This document shows, piece after piece, positions 1-10,098 of a stretch of 64,000 nucleotides of DNA; position 1 is the stretch's first letter, and each line of letters starts with the position of its first letter. The stretch comes from an uncultured Nitrososphaerota archaeon (GTDB lineage Archaea; Thermoproteota; EX4484-205; JAAOZP01). The stretch lies in contig CAYQCW010000002.1 of the NCBI GenBank assembly GCA_964416155.1, positions 178,215 to 242,214 on the forward strand, written 5' to 3'. The notes below the pieces were generated by a model. The model ran no database searches. It worked only from the letters and a program-made list of their open reading frames with translations, and had not been told where the DNA came from. The translations under genes and the position numbers were made by a program.

Positions 1-1428
1 CTCAAAATAAACAAATCTGTGAAACTCATTGCTAATGGAACAGTTGAACTAATTCCGGCTAATCCTAGAGACAATGTTGTAGAAATCTCGAAAGATAATG
101 TCGTCCTAGCTGGTTTCACCCTTGTAAACTATGGGGGAACATGTGGAATACGCGTTAAAGGATCCGTTGGATGTAGGATTATCGGTAACAGAATTATAGG
201 CGGGGATTTCGGATTGCTGGCTAACGGTTCGAACAGGAGCCTAATCGAAGAAAACGACGTGAATGAATGTCTTTTCGGAATATACCTTCAAGAATCCCTT
301 GAGAACACGGTTGCTCGAAACAACGTTAAGTCAAGCAAATATGGAATTAGCCTCTCATTGTGCTTCAACAGCACGATTGTTGAAAACAGGGTAGCCAACT
401 GCACCTATGGTCTATATAATCACATATCTGATAGAAGCAATATAGTGAGGAACATTTTTCAAAATAATACGGTAGGAGTAGCAGTTGCAAGGTCTAGGAT
501 TAACACGATATCGTCGAACGAAGCATTCTATAATTTTTACGGAATCCATCTAGATTATGCGCGGGCAAGCCTAGTGTATGAGAACACCGTTACCGGAGGA
601 CTTATTGGTATAAGGATCCAGAATTCGCAGAACATTACCTTAACGAACAATATTGCACGCTCTTCGACGAACAATATCGCTATTGAATCCAGTGTCAACA
701 TAACTATTTCAAGAAACATGCTGGAACAAGCTAGGGGACATGGTGTAACTATCTATGAAACACTCAACAGCATGCTATCAATGAATACTGTTTCCTTCTG
801 TCGCGTGGGAATTTCTATTGAAAACAGCCGTTCAGCAATCATTGGAAATAACTCATTAGAACAGAATTCCTACGGGCTTTTCCTCTTCCGCTCATCTGAA
901 GCCCAGCTTTTTAGCAATAAGTGCAGCAACAACACGGTTGCGGATTTCTATTCTGAAGGCGCGGAAGACATTATGGTTGAAAAACTGGAGATAAATGCTT
1001 ACGGCAATAAGGAAGTTTCCTTCACCTACCAGGGGGATGTTTCCATAAAGGGATCCCGACCGATTGAGCTAGAGACAGTTAGGCGTCTTAGCGGTTTCTT
1101 AAACATCACTCTATCCTCCGGAGGCTGGATAAGGCTTAACGTAACATATAACTTGAAAGATATTCAGGATATTCGGATGGAGGAGCCTGTCCTCTACCAT
1201 TGGAGGGGAGCGGGGTGGAAAAAGGTAAGAGGCTTGATGAAGGAGGAGTCTTCTTTAAAGGGCTCAGCATCCTTTCTATTGACTGAAACCGGAATATACG
1301 TCTTAGGATTGGGAGGGAAAACCGTAGAACAATTTCCCATAGTTATTGCAGTATTTGTTGTTATGATTCTCATTATCAGCTCCTACACGATTCTAAGAAC
1401 TCTTAAAAGAAGAAAGCCAGCAGCCTAA
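1..1428 (+). CDS. NosD/CASH right-handed parallel beta-helix cell-surface protein with C-terminal membrane anchor (probably 5'-truncated by window edge)
   Basis: Many N/I-rich 'GIxLxxSxxNxIxxN' repeats. C-terminal hydrophobic helix (IVIAVFVVMILIISS) is followed by a basic tail (KRRK). The frame is open to base 1 (LKINKSVKLI). Confidence 0.8.
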   Translation, partial: LKINKSVKLIANGTVELIPANPRDNVVEISKDNVVLAGFTLVNYGGTCGIRVKGSVGCRIIGNRIIGGDFGLLANGSNRSLIEENDVNECLFGIYLQESLENTVARNNVKSSKYGISLSLCFNSTIVENRVANCTYGLYNHISDRSNIVRNIFQNNTVGVAVARSRINTISSNEAFYNFYGIHLDYARASLVYENTVTGGLIGIRIQNSQNITLTNNIARSSTNNIAIESSVNITISRNMLEQARGHGVTIYETLNSMLSMNTVSFCRVGISIENSRSAIIGNNSLEQNSYGLFLFRSSEAQLFSNKCSNNTVADFYSEGAEDIMVEKLEINAYGNKEVSFTYQGDVSIKGSRPIELETVRRLSGFLNITLSSGGWIRLNVTYNLKDIQDIRMEEPVLYHWRGAGWKKVRGLMKEESSLKGSASFLLTETGIYVLGLGGKTVEQFPIVIAVFVVMILIISSYTILRTLKRRKPAA

Positions 1429-1429
1429 G

Positions 1430-1669
1430 CTATTCTCCTGTCTCTTCTCTTTTCCTCACCGCCTCTCTTATGACCGCTATTAGGTAGGCTAGAGTACCAT
1501 ATCCCACCAACGCGATGCTGGAGAAGGAAAGGGCTATTTGGATTACGACGAGACTGGTTAACATAGTTGGATTATAGCCTTGCCTTATGTACCACATGTT
1601 GTATAGACCCGTAAAAAATGACAGCAGATAGAGCAGAACCCCTATTAACATCGCTTTCTTAGGACTCAT
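1430..1669 (-). CDS. small membrane protein (2 TM), last gene of the ABC operon
   Basis: 79-aa ORF with two hydrophobic stretches, 4 bp downstream of oppF on the same strand. Confidence 0.65.
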   Translation of the reverse strand: MSPKKAMLIGVLLYLLSFFTGLYNMWYIRQGYNPTMLTSLVVIQIALSFSSIALVGYGTLAYLIAVIREAVRKREETGE

Positions 1670-1673
1670 GCCA

Positions 1674-2690
1674 CTAAGACCTTTCGTAAAGCCAGCATTT
1701 AACCCAGTGTCCTGAGGCTGCTTCGAACTCTGGTGGCTCCTCCTTAAAACACTTGTCGAAAGCGTGGGGACAGCGTGGAGAGAACCTGCAGCTCTTAGGA
1801 GGGTCGATTAGAGCAGGAGGCTCCCCAGGTGGAACCTGCTTAAACCTATTTCTGTTCTCCGGGTTAGGCTCGGGGGTAGCCGTGAGCAAAGCTCTCGTAT
1901 AGGGATGTAAAGGATTCCTCAGGATTTCCTGCGTGAAAGCCTTCTCCATAACATGTCCAGCATACATTATCAGCGCCCACTCTGAGAAGAACCTTGTTGT
2001 CGCAAGGTCATGCGTTATGTATATTACGCCGAGCCTAAGCCTTTCCTGAAGCCTTCTCAAGAGGGTCAGGATCTCTATACGGACGGAAGCATCCAGCATT
2101 GACACAGGCTCGTCGGCAACGAGCAGGCGAGGCTCAAGGATTATAGCTCGAGCTATAGCAACCCTCTGCAACTGGCCGCCGCTGAGCATGTGAGGATACT
2201 TATACGCGAAGTCCTCCACCGGCGTAAGCCTAACTTCTTCAAGCACCTTGAACACTTTTTCAGCCCTCTCTTCTTTCGACTTAACCGTGTTATGAATGAG
2301 GAGAGGCTCCTCCAGCGACCTGAATATTGTGAAATGAGATGCGAAGGCTCCGAACGGGTCCTGCTGAACTAGACCAGTCATCCGCCTGTACCATTTCAAG
2401 TCCTTAGCCTTAACATGCGTCACGTCCTTATCTTGAAACAAAATTTTGCCCCCGTTAGGCTCGTAAAGCCTTAGTATAGTCTTACCCAGAGTCGTCTTGC
2501 CGCTTCCACTCTCCCCCACGAGGGACACTGCCTCCCCCTCCTCCAAGCCGAAGGTCACATTGTCAACAGCCTTTACAAAGCTCGTCTTAGAGCCCAGTAA
2601 GCCTCTTCTTATTTCAAACCATTTCCGCAAGTCTTCCAATTCAAGCAGCTTTTCCCCAGAACTCATGTTCCACCACCATACAGCCAGCAC
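1674..2690 (-). CDS. oppF: oligopeptide/dipeptide ABC transporter ATP-binding subunit (OppF/DppF); true start probably ~2666
   Basis: Walker A GESGSGKTT, LSGGQ signature, Walker B LLVADEP, C-terminal HPYT...CRFSPRCP oligo_HPY domain. Confidence 0.93.
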   Translation of the reverse strand: MLAVWWWNMSSGEKLLELEDLRKWFEIRRGLLGSKTSFVKAVDNVTFGLEEGEAVSLVGESGSGKTTLGKTILRLYEPNGGKILFQDKDVTHVKAKDLKWYRRMTGLVQQDPFGAFASHFTIFRSLEEPLLIHNTVKSKEERAEKVFKVLEEVRLTPVEDFAYKYPHMLSGGQLQRVAIARAIILEPRLLVADEPVSMLDASVRIEILTLLRRLQERLRLGVIYITHDLATTRFFSEWALIMYAGHVMEKAFTQEILRNPLHPYTRALLTATPEPNPENRNRFKQVPPGEPPALIDPPKSCRFSPRCPHAFDKCFKEEPPEFEAASGHWVKCWLYERS

Positions 2691-3637
2691 CTTACTAAGT
2701 GGCCCTCCGCCACTGGGAACATACCGGGTTCTTCAGAGCTGCATTTTTCCCATGCGAAACTGCATCTCGGGTGAAACCTGCAGCCTGAGGGAGGGTCGAT
2801 TAGGCTTGGCGGCACTCCGCTTATGAACTCCGGCTTCCTATCGGTACTGAGCGTAGGAGCACTTGCCAGTAGGCCTCTGGAATAAGGATGTTTCGGCTGC
2901 GTGTAGAATATGTCCGCAGGGGAGAGCTCAACGATTTTACCGGCGTATAGCACTGCAACCTTATTCGCAAGCTCGCTGGCCAAGCCAAGGTCGTGAGTTA
3001 TGAAGATGTAAGTTAGCCTAAACTCGTTTTTAATTCTCTTCAAAAGGTTCATTATGTTAGCTTGGGTCAGGACGTCTAGCGCTGAAGTAGGCTCGTCCAG
3101 AATCACTATCTCAGGATTTATTATCAAAGCCATAGCTATCGCTGCCCTCTGCTTCATCCCGCCGCTCAACTCGAAGGGATACCTATCAGCAAAGACACTA
3201 GGCACCCCCATAAGCTCCATCAGCTGCCTCGCCCTATTCGAAGCCTCCTTCTTCTCCACATGATCATGGATAATCAGTGGCTCAGCCACCTGGTAGCCAA
3301 TCTTATAAACCGGGTTAAAGGAGTTCATGGCTCCCTGGAAGACAATAGATATTTTCCTCCACCTCACCTCCCTCCTGAAAGCCTCCTCATCCAAATTCAT
3401 AACGTCCCTACCGTCAAGAATTATTTTCCCTTCGTAAGTATGAATGTTTCTGGGTAGAACTCGAACCAGGGCACGTGCCAGAGTACTCTTTCCGCACCCG
3501 GATTCGCCGACTACAGCCAGCGCATCCTCCTTCTCAAGGTCGAAATTTATATCTTCCAGAGCCTTCACAACTCCTTTTCTAGTCCTATAGTAAAGCTTAA
3601 GGTCGCGGACTGATAAAACAGATTTGCTGCTGCTCAT
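2663..3637 (-). CDS. oppD: oligopeptide/dipeptide ABC transporter ATP-binding subunit (OppD/DppD)
   Basis: GESGCGKST, LSGGMKQR, ILDEPTSALD, HPYS...GCRFHPRC. Confidence 0.93.
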   Translation of the reverse strand: MSSSKSVLSVRDLKLYYRTRKGVVKALEDINFDLEKEDALAVVGESGCGKSTLARALVRVLPRNIHTYEGKIILDGRDVMNLDEEAFRREVRWRKISIVFQGAMNSFNPVYKIGYQVAEPLIIHDHVEKKEASNRARQLMELMGVPSVFADRYPFELSGGMKQRAAIAMALIINPEIVILDEPTSALDVLTQANIMNLLKRIKNEFRLTYIFITHDLGLASELANKVAVLYAGKIVELSPADIFYTQPKHPYSRGLLASAPTLSTDRKPEFISGVPPSLIDPPSGCRFHPRCSFAWEKCSSEEPGMFPVAEGHLVRCWLYGGGT

Positions 3638-3641
3638 TCTT

Positions 3642-5078
3642 CTACAGCTCCTTCAGCTTAGGGTTGACTATTTTCTCGAGAGCCATCCCTATCAGCGCGA
3701 ACGCAATGGCTGTAAGTATCAACAGGAAAGCAGGCTCTAAAACCCAATAGTACATGCCTTTGTAGAAGGCGCCGTTAGTCTGAGCATCACTTATTATCTT
3801 ACCCCATGTCGGTAGGAAAGGGTCGCCAAGCCCAAGGTATGAGAGCCCTGCCTCAAGAAATACGAAGCCCGGCACTGAGGAGATCATTCCAGGGACCACC
3901 GGGGGCAGGATCTTAGGTATCACGTAGAACAGTATCAGTCTCATATTACTGGCTCCGTACGCCTGCGCCGCCTCTATGTACGGGTAGCTCTTAATCTGCA
4001 TAACCAAGATACGGGTGCCTTTTATGCCGAGCGAGAATATGCTTAGAACGACCACGCTGAGTAGGATGATGAATAGATCGATTCTGTAGAACGTTGTAAG
4101 CAATATTAGGATCGGCAGGAATGGGAGGACAGCGTTTATCTCCACTATCCGCTGTATAATGGTGTCAATCTTACCGCCGTACCAGCCGCTGATCGTTCCG
4201 ATTATGAGGCTCAGCACTGTTGTAAGTAAGGCTGTTGTAAGCCCGAAGGACAATGCTATCGGAGTACCCCAGAGCAAACCTATTATTAAGGGCCTCCTTA
4301 AATGATCCGTTCCAGCTAACCCATAAACAGTACCATATATCACTACTTCCGCGTTTAAAACACTGTTCTTGCTCAGAGTTGCTTCGAAGCGCATTCTATA
4401 CATACCTTTCAAGACCCGAGGATCCTGCGAATACTCTGAGAAGAGGCCTTTCTCAACCGTCATCGCGAAGTTTGGTTTCTTGCCGATCTTGCTTTCGAAA
4501 AGCCTTTCAAGTTTAAGCTCTAGGCCAAGGTCATTGCTCAAATACAGTCTGTCGTCGGGCCTTCTCAAAGCATGTTGCTTAAGAAGAATCTCGTCACCAT
4601 CCGGTCTTATCCAGTAGATTTCAACCACAGGCTTCTCCACATAGCTCGAGTTGAAGAAAACTATGATCTCCGATGGGAAGTCATCGTAGTCGTAGTTGAA
4701 ATGAACGACCCAAGAGACAGACAGCGTTCCGTCTTCACGCAAAACCTCAGACACTTTAGTTTCTGCGAGAGAAACTGTTATTGTGCGGGGCAGCCTCCTC
4801 CCGTAGAAGAGCTCGATCCACTCTGGCTGAGCGTTTCTAGGATTCCGGCTCCAAGCCTCGCTCGACCTCCAGGCTTGAATCGCCTCCGGCAAGGGTATTG
4901 TTACCATAGTGTAGACAGACAGACCTATTAGGAGTAGGAGAATAACAATACCCATGACAGCAGACTTGTAGCTTAAAACTTCGCGCAAAACCCCCTTTAA
5001 ACCACCACTAGGCTTCGATGAACTCGTTTTAACCACCCCATACTTTAACCCTTGGATCAATAAAAGCATAAATAACAT
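3642..5078 (-). CDS. oppC: peptide ABC transporter permease (OppC/DppC) with large extracytoplasmic insert; true start probably GTG ~5036
   Basis: GLAGTDHLRR motif, EAA loop (YIEAAQAYGAS), FLEAGLSYLGLG...TWG. Confidence 0.9.
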   Translation of the reverse strand: MLFMLLLIQGLKYGVVKTSSSKPSGGLKGVLREVLSYKSAVMGIVILLLLIGLSVYTMVTIPLPEAIQAWRSSEAWSRNPRNAQPEWIELFYGRRLPRTITVSLAETKVSEVLREDGTLSVSWVVHFNYDYDDFPSEIIVFFNSSYVEKPVVEIYWIRPDGDEILLKQHALRRPDDRLYLSNDLGLELKLERLFESKIGKKPNFAMTVEKGLFSEYSQDPRVLKGMYRMRFEATLSKNSVLNAEVVIYGTVYGLAGTDHLRRPLIIGLLWGTPIALSFGLTTALLTTVLSLIIGTISGWYGGKIDTIIQRIVEINAVLPFLPILILLTTFYRIDLFIILLSVVVLSIFSLGIKGTRILVMQIKSYPYIEAAQAYGASNMRLILFYVIPKILPPVVPGMISSVPGFVFLEAGLSYLGLGDPFLPTWGKIISDAQTNGAFYKGMYYWVLEPAFLLILTAIAFALIGMALEKIVNPKLKEL

Positions 5079-6096
5079 CCAACGTTAAGACCGTTAGCGT
5101 TAAAAGCCAAGCGTATATTGCTACTTCCCCAACTATCACCGGAGGATCTGGATAGGAGAGTGCTGCCGCCAAGAGCCTGCCTAATCCAGGCCAGTCGAAC
5201 ACGGTCTCCGTTATTATGGCACCGCCCCATGAGCCGATGATGGCTAGGGAGAGCCCGGTTATTATTGGAGGCAGTGTCGGCCTCATCACGTAGCTCATAT
5301 CCACCTGTCTGGGCGGGAGGCCTTTGGCTTTAGCCACCTCCACGTAATCCTCAGTTGAGAATATCAGGAAGAAGGTCCTGTTCGAATAGAGCCCTAAGAA
5401 TAATCCGGCTATTATCCAGGAGAGCATAGGCAATATCATGTGTCTCAAAACAGACAGGGAGTATAGAAAAGGATCCTTGGGCGGAGGATAATCCACTAAA
5501 CCGCCAGGAGGAAGAATGTGTAGCCACGTGTAGAATATCAGAATTAGAAATATCCCGTAGACCCAGCCGGGTATTACTGACGTGGGAGCCAATGCTGCTA
5601 TTGCCCTATCGATTTTAGAGCCGTATTTTCTGGCTATGAAAAGGCCCCCGAAAAGATTCAGGGAGAAGTTGACTATTGTCACCGTCGTGAAGAGCATTAC
5701 TGTTTGAGGAAGCCTCTCCAAGATTATCAGCCTCACCTGTTTCGACCCGCTGTCGCTCGTTAAGTAGAGGGCTGTGCCCAGATCCATTGTTAAAGCGTTC
5801 TTCAAGTGGTAGAGACTCCTTACTAAGAACGGGGTGTTAAGCCCCCTCGCCTCCAACGCGGCCTGGTACATGCTGTCTATTATCCTCTGCCTCTCAGAGG
5901 CTGTGAGCCCTTGGTAAGCAGGGTTATTCCTAACGTTCATCGTGATGCTCATCAGGAGGTCTGCCTTAACCATCTCATCTATAAGACCACCGAAGTTAGC
6001 GAGCAATATGGATATGTATAAAGCGATTACGAGGCTTATAAGCAGTAAGACTGTCCTCTTACCCACGAATTTTAAGAAGCCCTTGGGAATCGTCAA
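5029..6096 (-). CDS. oppB: peptide ABC transporter permease (OppB/DppB)
   Basis: ERLPQT, HMILP, EDYVEVAKAKGL, ETVFDWPGLG, DVIYAFIDPRVK. Confidence 0.92.
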   Translation of the reverse strand: MTIPKGFLKFVGKRTVLLLISLVIALYISILLANFGGLIDEMVKADLLMSITMNVRNNPAYQGLTASERQRIIDSMYQAALEARGLNTPFLVRSLYHLKNALTMDLGTALYLTSDSGSKQVRLIILERLPQTVMLFTTVTIVNFSLNLFGGLFIARKYGSKIDRAIAALAPTSVIPGWVYGIFLILIFYTWLHILPPGGLVDYPPPKDPFLYSLSVLRHMILPMLSWIIAGLFLGLYSNRTFFLIFSTEDYVEVAKAKGLPPRQVDMSYVMRPTLPPIITGLSLAIIGSWGGAIITETVFDWPGLGRLLAAALSYPDPPVIVGEVAIYAWLLTLTVLTLDVIYAFIDPRVKVWGG

Positions 6097-6121
6097 CCAT
6101 GGGTCACCCTAGTCATTTTCC

Positions 6122-6143
6122 AGAAGGAGAAAAAAGAAGGGGA
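6122..6143 (-). terminator. putative oligo-U archaeal terminator between oppA and oppB
   Basis: Minus-strand pyrimidine tract CCCCTTCTTTTTTCTCCTTCT about 20 nt after the oppA stop. Confidence 0.45.
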
Positions 6144-6164
6144 TAAAAACTTTTCTGACCACAG

Positions 6165-8627
6165 CTATTTTCTTTTCTTCCTTAAGAATAGTACTGCGAC
6201 TATGGCGATGACCACGATCGCCGCGACTATTCCGATTACTGCCTCATACCATACTCTGAACACGGCTTTAACGCTGTGAGGCTTATCCGTTACAAGCGTG
6301 AGCGTCTCGGATGCTCCCCTCTCCACTCCGTCGACAACCCATTTTTCAAGGACGCTGAGGAAGCCTGGTTTAGCCCTTATTGTCACTGTTTCACGCCCAA
6401 TGTACCCGTGTGAACCAGGCTCGGGATCAGTTGTCCCACTTCCCTCCACAGAGATCGTGAGCTCACGCTGCAGAAGCTTTCGGAACGGTTTCAGAACCGC
6501 TGTGTGAGCAGTTATGTCAGCCGTCTCCAAATAGTAGGGGCCGGCCCCAACCCAGAAGTGCCTGTACGTAGAATACCAGTTTTTAAGGGCGTTATACCTT
6601 GCTCTAGCCTCATCCACACTGATGTACTTGCTGTTAAGCTCCCTGAAGGGTATGTAGCCTTCCGTTATAGCTTCATCCAGCATCTGGGAGAGTATTTGCA
6701 GACTTGGGCCAGCTATGTAGTTCATCCACTCAACCTTACTCTTCAGAGCCTTATCTTGTCCGAAGGCTAGGAGGCCTTTCTCCTCCGCCCTAATGCCTAT
6801 CGCGGTGGTGTGCCATGGCCCAGCTAAACCCACGTAAGCACTAGCTATCAGCTCAGCATCCATGTTAGTGTAGTCGGTGTACCACTCTATTCTCAACGGG
6901 TTCTCGCTCACAATCCTCCACGCCTTGAAAACTTCCCTCCAGGATTTGAATGCGCCCACGTAGGCCTCGTCGTAGAGAGCACTTTTATTACTGGCTCTCT
7001 CAAAGTTGATGGGCCAGCTCCACACCCAGTCGGCTAGACTCATAACCGTCCCGTCGTGGTATTCGAACTTGCCTATGATGTCCTCGTACTCCGCAGCCAC
7101 CTTAACCTTCGCGCTGGTTACGCCTGCCTCCCCGGCAGTCACAACCTTCTTCTTCTCAACATCCCAGCCGTACCACGCGTCTGAAGGTATTGTAACACTG
7201 TCGACGAAGGTCAGGGTTAGCCAGCCCTTGCTCTCAGGGTTCTGGAAAGTTAGGAGGCCTTTTTCCGCCTCTATCTTAACGCTTTTAACGAAGCCGGTCG
7301 GTATTGGGAGCCCGCTTTTAGGATCGCTTAAGAAGGCAGGCATGCCCGTCGCTGAGCTTATCATGCTGTCGTATATCCAGTTGGACCCAGCAATCGGGTT
7401 CCACGCGTCTCCAGTCAAAACGTCTGAGCTGCCTATTTTAACCGATCCGCCTAGAGTGCCTCCACGGTTCAATGTGAATCCCCATATTCCGACCCAGTAG
7501 CCTCCGGAGTAGTCAGCTATGGCGGTTATCTCCTTCCTCTTAACCCAGGCTGCAGTCTGGTCTACGAGCCAGACCCTAACGGAGTCCTGAAGCGCCAGTT
7601 CAAACGCTCGACTCATCCAGGCTGTCCTCTCCTCAATGGTGGTGAACTTCTTTTCAGCAAGCTTGTCTGCAAGATCGCCGAACTCAGGGGAAGGCTTGTA
7701 TGAAGCCCACAGGGGGCTGATGGATGCCATGCCCGACTTATCGCTGTAGAAGAACTGGAAGTTGTCGGAATCGTCCCTCGATACCACTGTCGTCACCCAG
7801 CCGCCAGTATACAAATGCCATCTTCCCTCAGCAGGATTACCCCTCATCCATATTGGGGAGGCTTCTCTAGAAGTCTTGTACAGTCTCTCCACGGTGAAGC
7901 CGAGCTTCTCCAATTGTCCTGAAACATAGTCTCCTATTTGCCTCCTCCTATCCTCCACCCTTATGACGAACTTTAAGACGATCGGTTCACCCTTATAGTA
8001 CCACTTCCCACCTCTATTCTCGACACCTCGCTCCTTCGCCAACTCGTCGAACATTATTTGCTTCGCCTTCTCGAAATTGTACGCGTATTTAGTCTCAATG
8101 GTTTTTATCACATTCTCATGCCTCTTGTAGTCTGGGAAACCGTTGCAGACCGGCACATACTTAGGTATTGCGAGACCACCCGAGATTTCGTCGACGATGT
8201 ACTGCCTGTCCACAAGCATGTTCATGGCTTCCCTTATCTTAGGGTTGTAGAACGGGTTGAATTTGCCGTCAAGGGTCTCCGGCCCGACAGGGTTGAAGGT
8301 AAGATCGAAATACAAGCCGTATGAGAAGTCGTAGGACAATGCTCCTGATTCCCGTACCCTTCTGAAAAGCACCGGGTCACCTATATCTTTGAAGTAGATG
8401 TCCATGTCTCCCTTCTCCATCATTTCAACAGCCTTAGCCGCATCCGCCACAGGGAAGAAGACTACTTCGTCACACCATCCGTATTTGTAAATTGGATACT
8501 CCTCCGGTGCTGAAAAGGTTGTGACGATTAGCCCTAGAGCTTGTGTCAACATCAGGAGAATTAGGATTGCTGCTGCACATGCTGTTACCTTGCTCTTTAA
8601 ATCTTGCCGCATCATTTTTCTCATCAT
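6165..8627 (-). CDS. oppA: ABC transporter substrate-binding protein, family 5, with C-terminal repeat domain and TM anchor
   Basis: N-terminal signal/TM. NPF-NPKIREAMNMLVDRQYIV motif. C-terminal 'LTISVEGSGTTDPEPG...W' repeat-type domain plus TM and KKRK tail. First gene of the opp operon. Confidence 0.88.
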   Translation of the reverse strand: MMRKMMRQDLKSKVTACAAAILILLMLTQALGLIVTTFSAPEEYPIYKYGWCDEVVFFPVADAAKAVEMMEKGDMDIYFKDIGDPVLFRRVRESGALSYDFSYGLYFDLTFNPVGPETLDGKFNPFYNPKIREAMNMLVDRQYIVDEISGGLAIPKYVPVCNGFPDYKRHENVIKTIETKYAYNFEKAKQIMFDELAKERGVENRGGKWYYKGEPIVLKFVIRVEDRRRQIGDYVSGQLEKLGFTVERLYKTSREASPIWMRGNPAEGRWHLYTGGWVTTVVSRDDSDNFQFFYSDKSGMASISPLWASYKPSPEFGDLADKLAEKKFTTIEERTAWMSRAFELALQDSVRVWLVDQTAAWVKRKEITAIADYSGGYWVGIWGFTLNRGGTLGGSVKIGSSDVLTGDAWNPIAGSNWIYDSMISSATGMPAFLSDPKSGLPIPTGFVKSVKIEAEKGLLTFQNPESKGWLTLTFVDSVTIPSDAWYGWDVEKKKVVTAGEAGVTSAKVKVAAEYEDIIGKFEYHDGTVMSLADWVWSWPINFERASNKSALYDEAYVGAFKSWREVFKAWRIVSENPLRIEWYTDYTNMDAELIASAYVGLAGPWHTTAIGIRAEEKGLLAFGQDKALKSKVEWMNYIAGPSLQILSQMLDEAITEGYIPFRELNSKYISVDEARARYNALKNWYSTYRHFWVGAGPYYLETADITAHTAVLKPFRKLLQRELTISVEGSGTTDPEPGSHGYIGRETVTIRAKPGFLSVLEKWVVDGVERGASETLTLVTDKPHSVKAVFRVWYEAVIGIVAAIVVIAIVAVLFLRKKRK

Positions 8628-8703
8628 AAATAGAGCTCGGAAGGTATTTTATAAAGGTTTCTAGTATAGTTATCAAAAAATGTATAGTAAACCCGCCTTT
8701 TCC

Positions 8704-9573
8704 TCAAAACTCAGCGGCATAAAGCGAGCCCCTTAAGGCCTCAAGCTGGTTGATCTCCATGTGCACGTATTCCGCGGCGGATTCTAAGGCTACGCCCATT
8801 TTTTCAGCCTCCTCAGACAAGCTTTCGAAATACTTCCTCCACTTCAAGTCTCTCAGCAGGTGGTGGTCAAGAATCATCACTGAGGGATGCGCTTGATTCA
8901 TTATCCTCCTAACGTTTCTAAGGCTTGCTTCAAGCTGCTCTGCCGTATAGTTTAGGCCGAGCATATACGTAGACGGGCCGTCTATGAAAATCGAGCGCGG
9001 CTTCCTCCCGATTACAAACTTAACCTGGTAGTCTATCGGGAAACCCTGCACGTCGCTCGTGAAAAGAAAACTGTCAGAGGAATCCTTAACGCTAAGCTGT
9101 ACAACGTAGCCCAGCTGGGTACCCGGGCCGTGTGGAACAGGGTTGGAGAACTCGAGCCTAGTCCCGCTGTACACATACTCCTTGCCGTCGGCAACCATAA
9201 CCTGAGCCGCGATTGGCCTGATCCTCTCGAGAAATATTCTCGCCCTACCCCTCTGGCTGAGGTTTATCATGTTTTCAGGATCCTTAACTATGACTATTCT
9301 CCCCCCGTAGATATCCTCGAGAAACCTCGTTGAACTATGATGATCATAGTGGTAGTGTGTCACTGCAACGATCTCGCATTCCTCTGCCGCGGAGGCTATT
9401 CTCCCCCAGCATTCCTCCAGGAGGCTGAGCTCCTTAGGATGCGGCGGAAGCCCGAATCTTCGAGGCACGACGGCGGCGGCGGGATCTATTAGAAGCTTCA
9501 AGTCACGGGTCTCAACAAGAGTAGCCATGCTTCTAACACCCATGGAGTCGAAGCACACTGGGTCTATCTTCAA
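8704..9573 (-). CDS. metallo-beta-lactamase-fold hydrolase (UPF0282 family)
   Basis: DSMGVRSMAT, THYHYDH, PVPHG, FTSDVQG, LDHHLLRD motifs. Confidence 0.85.
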   Translation of the reverse strand: MKIDPVCFDSMGVRSMATLVETRDLKLLIDPAAAVVPRRFGLPPHPKELSLLEECWGRIASAAEECEIVAVTHYHYDHHSSTRFLEDIYGGRIVIVKDPENMINLSQRGRARIFLERIRPIAAQVMVADGKEYVYSGTRLEFSNPVPHGPGTQLGYVVQLSVKDSSDSFLFTSDVQGFPIDYQVKFVIGRKPRSIFIDGPSTYMLGLNYTAEQLEASLRNVRRIMNQAHPSVMILDHHLLRDLKWRKYFESLSEEAEKMGVALESAAEYVHMEINQLEALRGSLYAAEF

Positions 9574-9665
9574 TCCTCCACTCTAATTGCTGACGACTCG
9601 GAAATAAATTTTTTAGAGATATGAACCTGAATAACGCGGCCGGGTTCTAATGGCTGCTCCTATTT

Positions 9666-9992
9666 TTACTCTGCGCCTTTAACCCACTTTGAGAAGTCCA
9701 GCGCCCTCTTTAAAACTCCCTTCTTAACAAGGGAGCAGTATACTTCCCTACCCTTCTTAACGGTTTTAACTAGGCCGGCGTTTTCAAGTATCCTAATGTG
9801 GTAGGATACTGTGGGCTGGGAGAGGTTGAACTTGTCCACGATGCCTGTTATCATCATGCTCTCACTCTCTATTATTGAGAGTATCCTGAGCCGGGTTGGG
9901 TCGGCCAGTGCCTTGAACACTTTGGCCGCGTGCTTGAATGCTTCCTCATCCTCTTTTTTGATTGACAATTCTATATCGTTAATAAATCCCAA
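9666..9992 (-). CDS. ArsR/SmtB family transcriptional regulator
   Basis: FKALADPTRLRIL...SQPTVSYHIRILENAGLV wHTH signature. Confidence 0.9.
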   Translation of the reverse strand: MGFINDIELSIKKEDEEAFKHAAKVFKALADPTRLRILSIIESESMMITGIVDKFNLSQPTVSYHIRILENAGLVKTVKKGREVYCSLVKKGVLKRALDFSKWVKGAE

Positions 9993-10012
9993 AGATTAAT
10001 ATATAAATCTTT
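9991..10012. promoter_or_regulatory. 22-bp palindrome overlapping the ArsR gene start (putative autoregulatory operator)
   Basis: AAAGATTAATA|TATAAATCTTT; 10 of 11 positions are self-complementary. Confidence 0.6.
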
Positions 10013-10047
10013 AGGACAGTACTTAACAAATAGAAAATACTCTAAAT

Positions 10048-10080
10048 GCCTTAAAAAGGGCTTAAAAAAGGCTTAAATTA
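10048..10080. repeat. three imperfect 11-bp direct repeats (minus-strand U-tracts; possible hox operon terminator)
   Basis: GCCTTAAAAAG GGCTTAAAAAA GGCTTAAATTA, just downstream of hoxH. Confidence 0.45.
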
Positions 10081-10098
10081 AATATTTAAAAGCCATTA

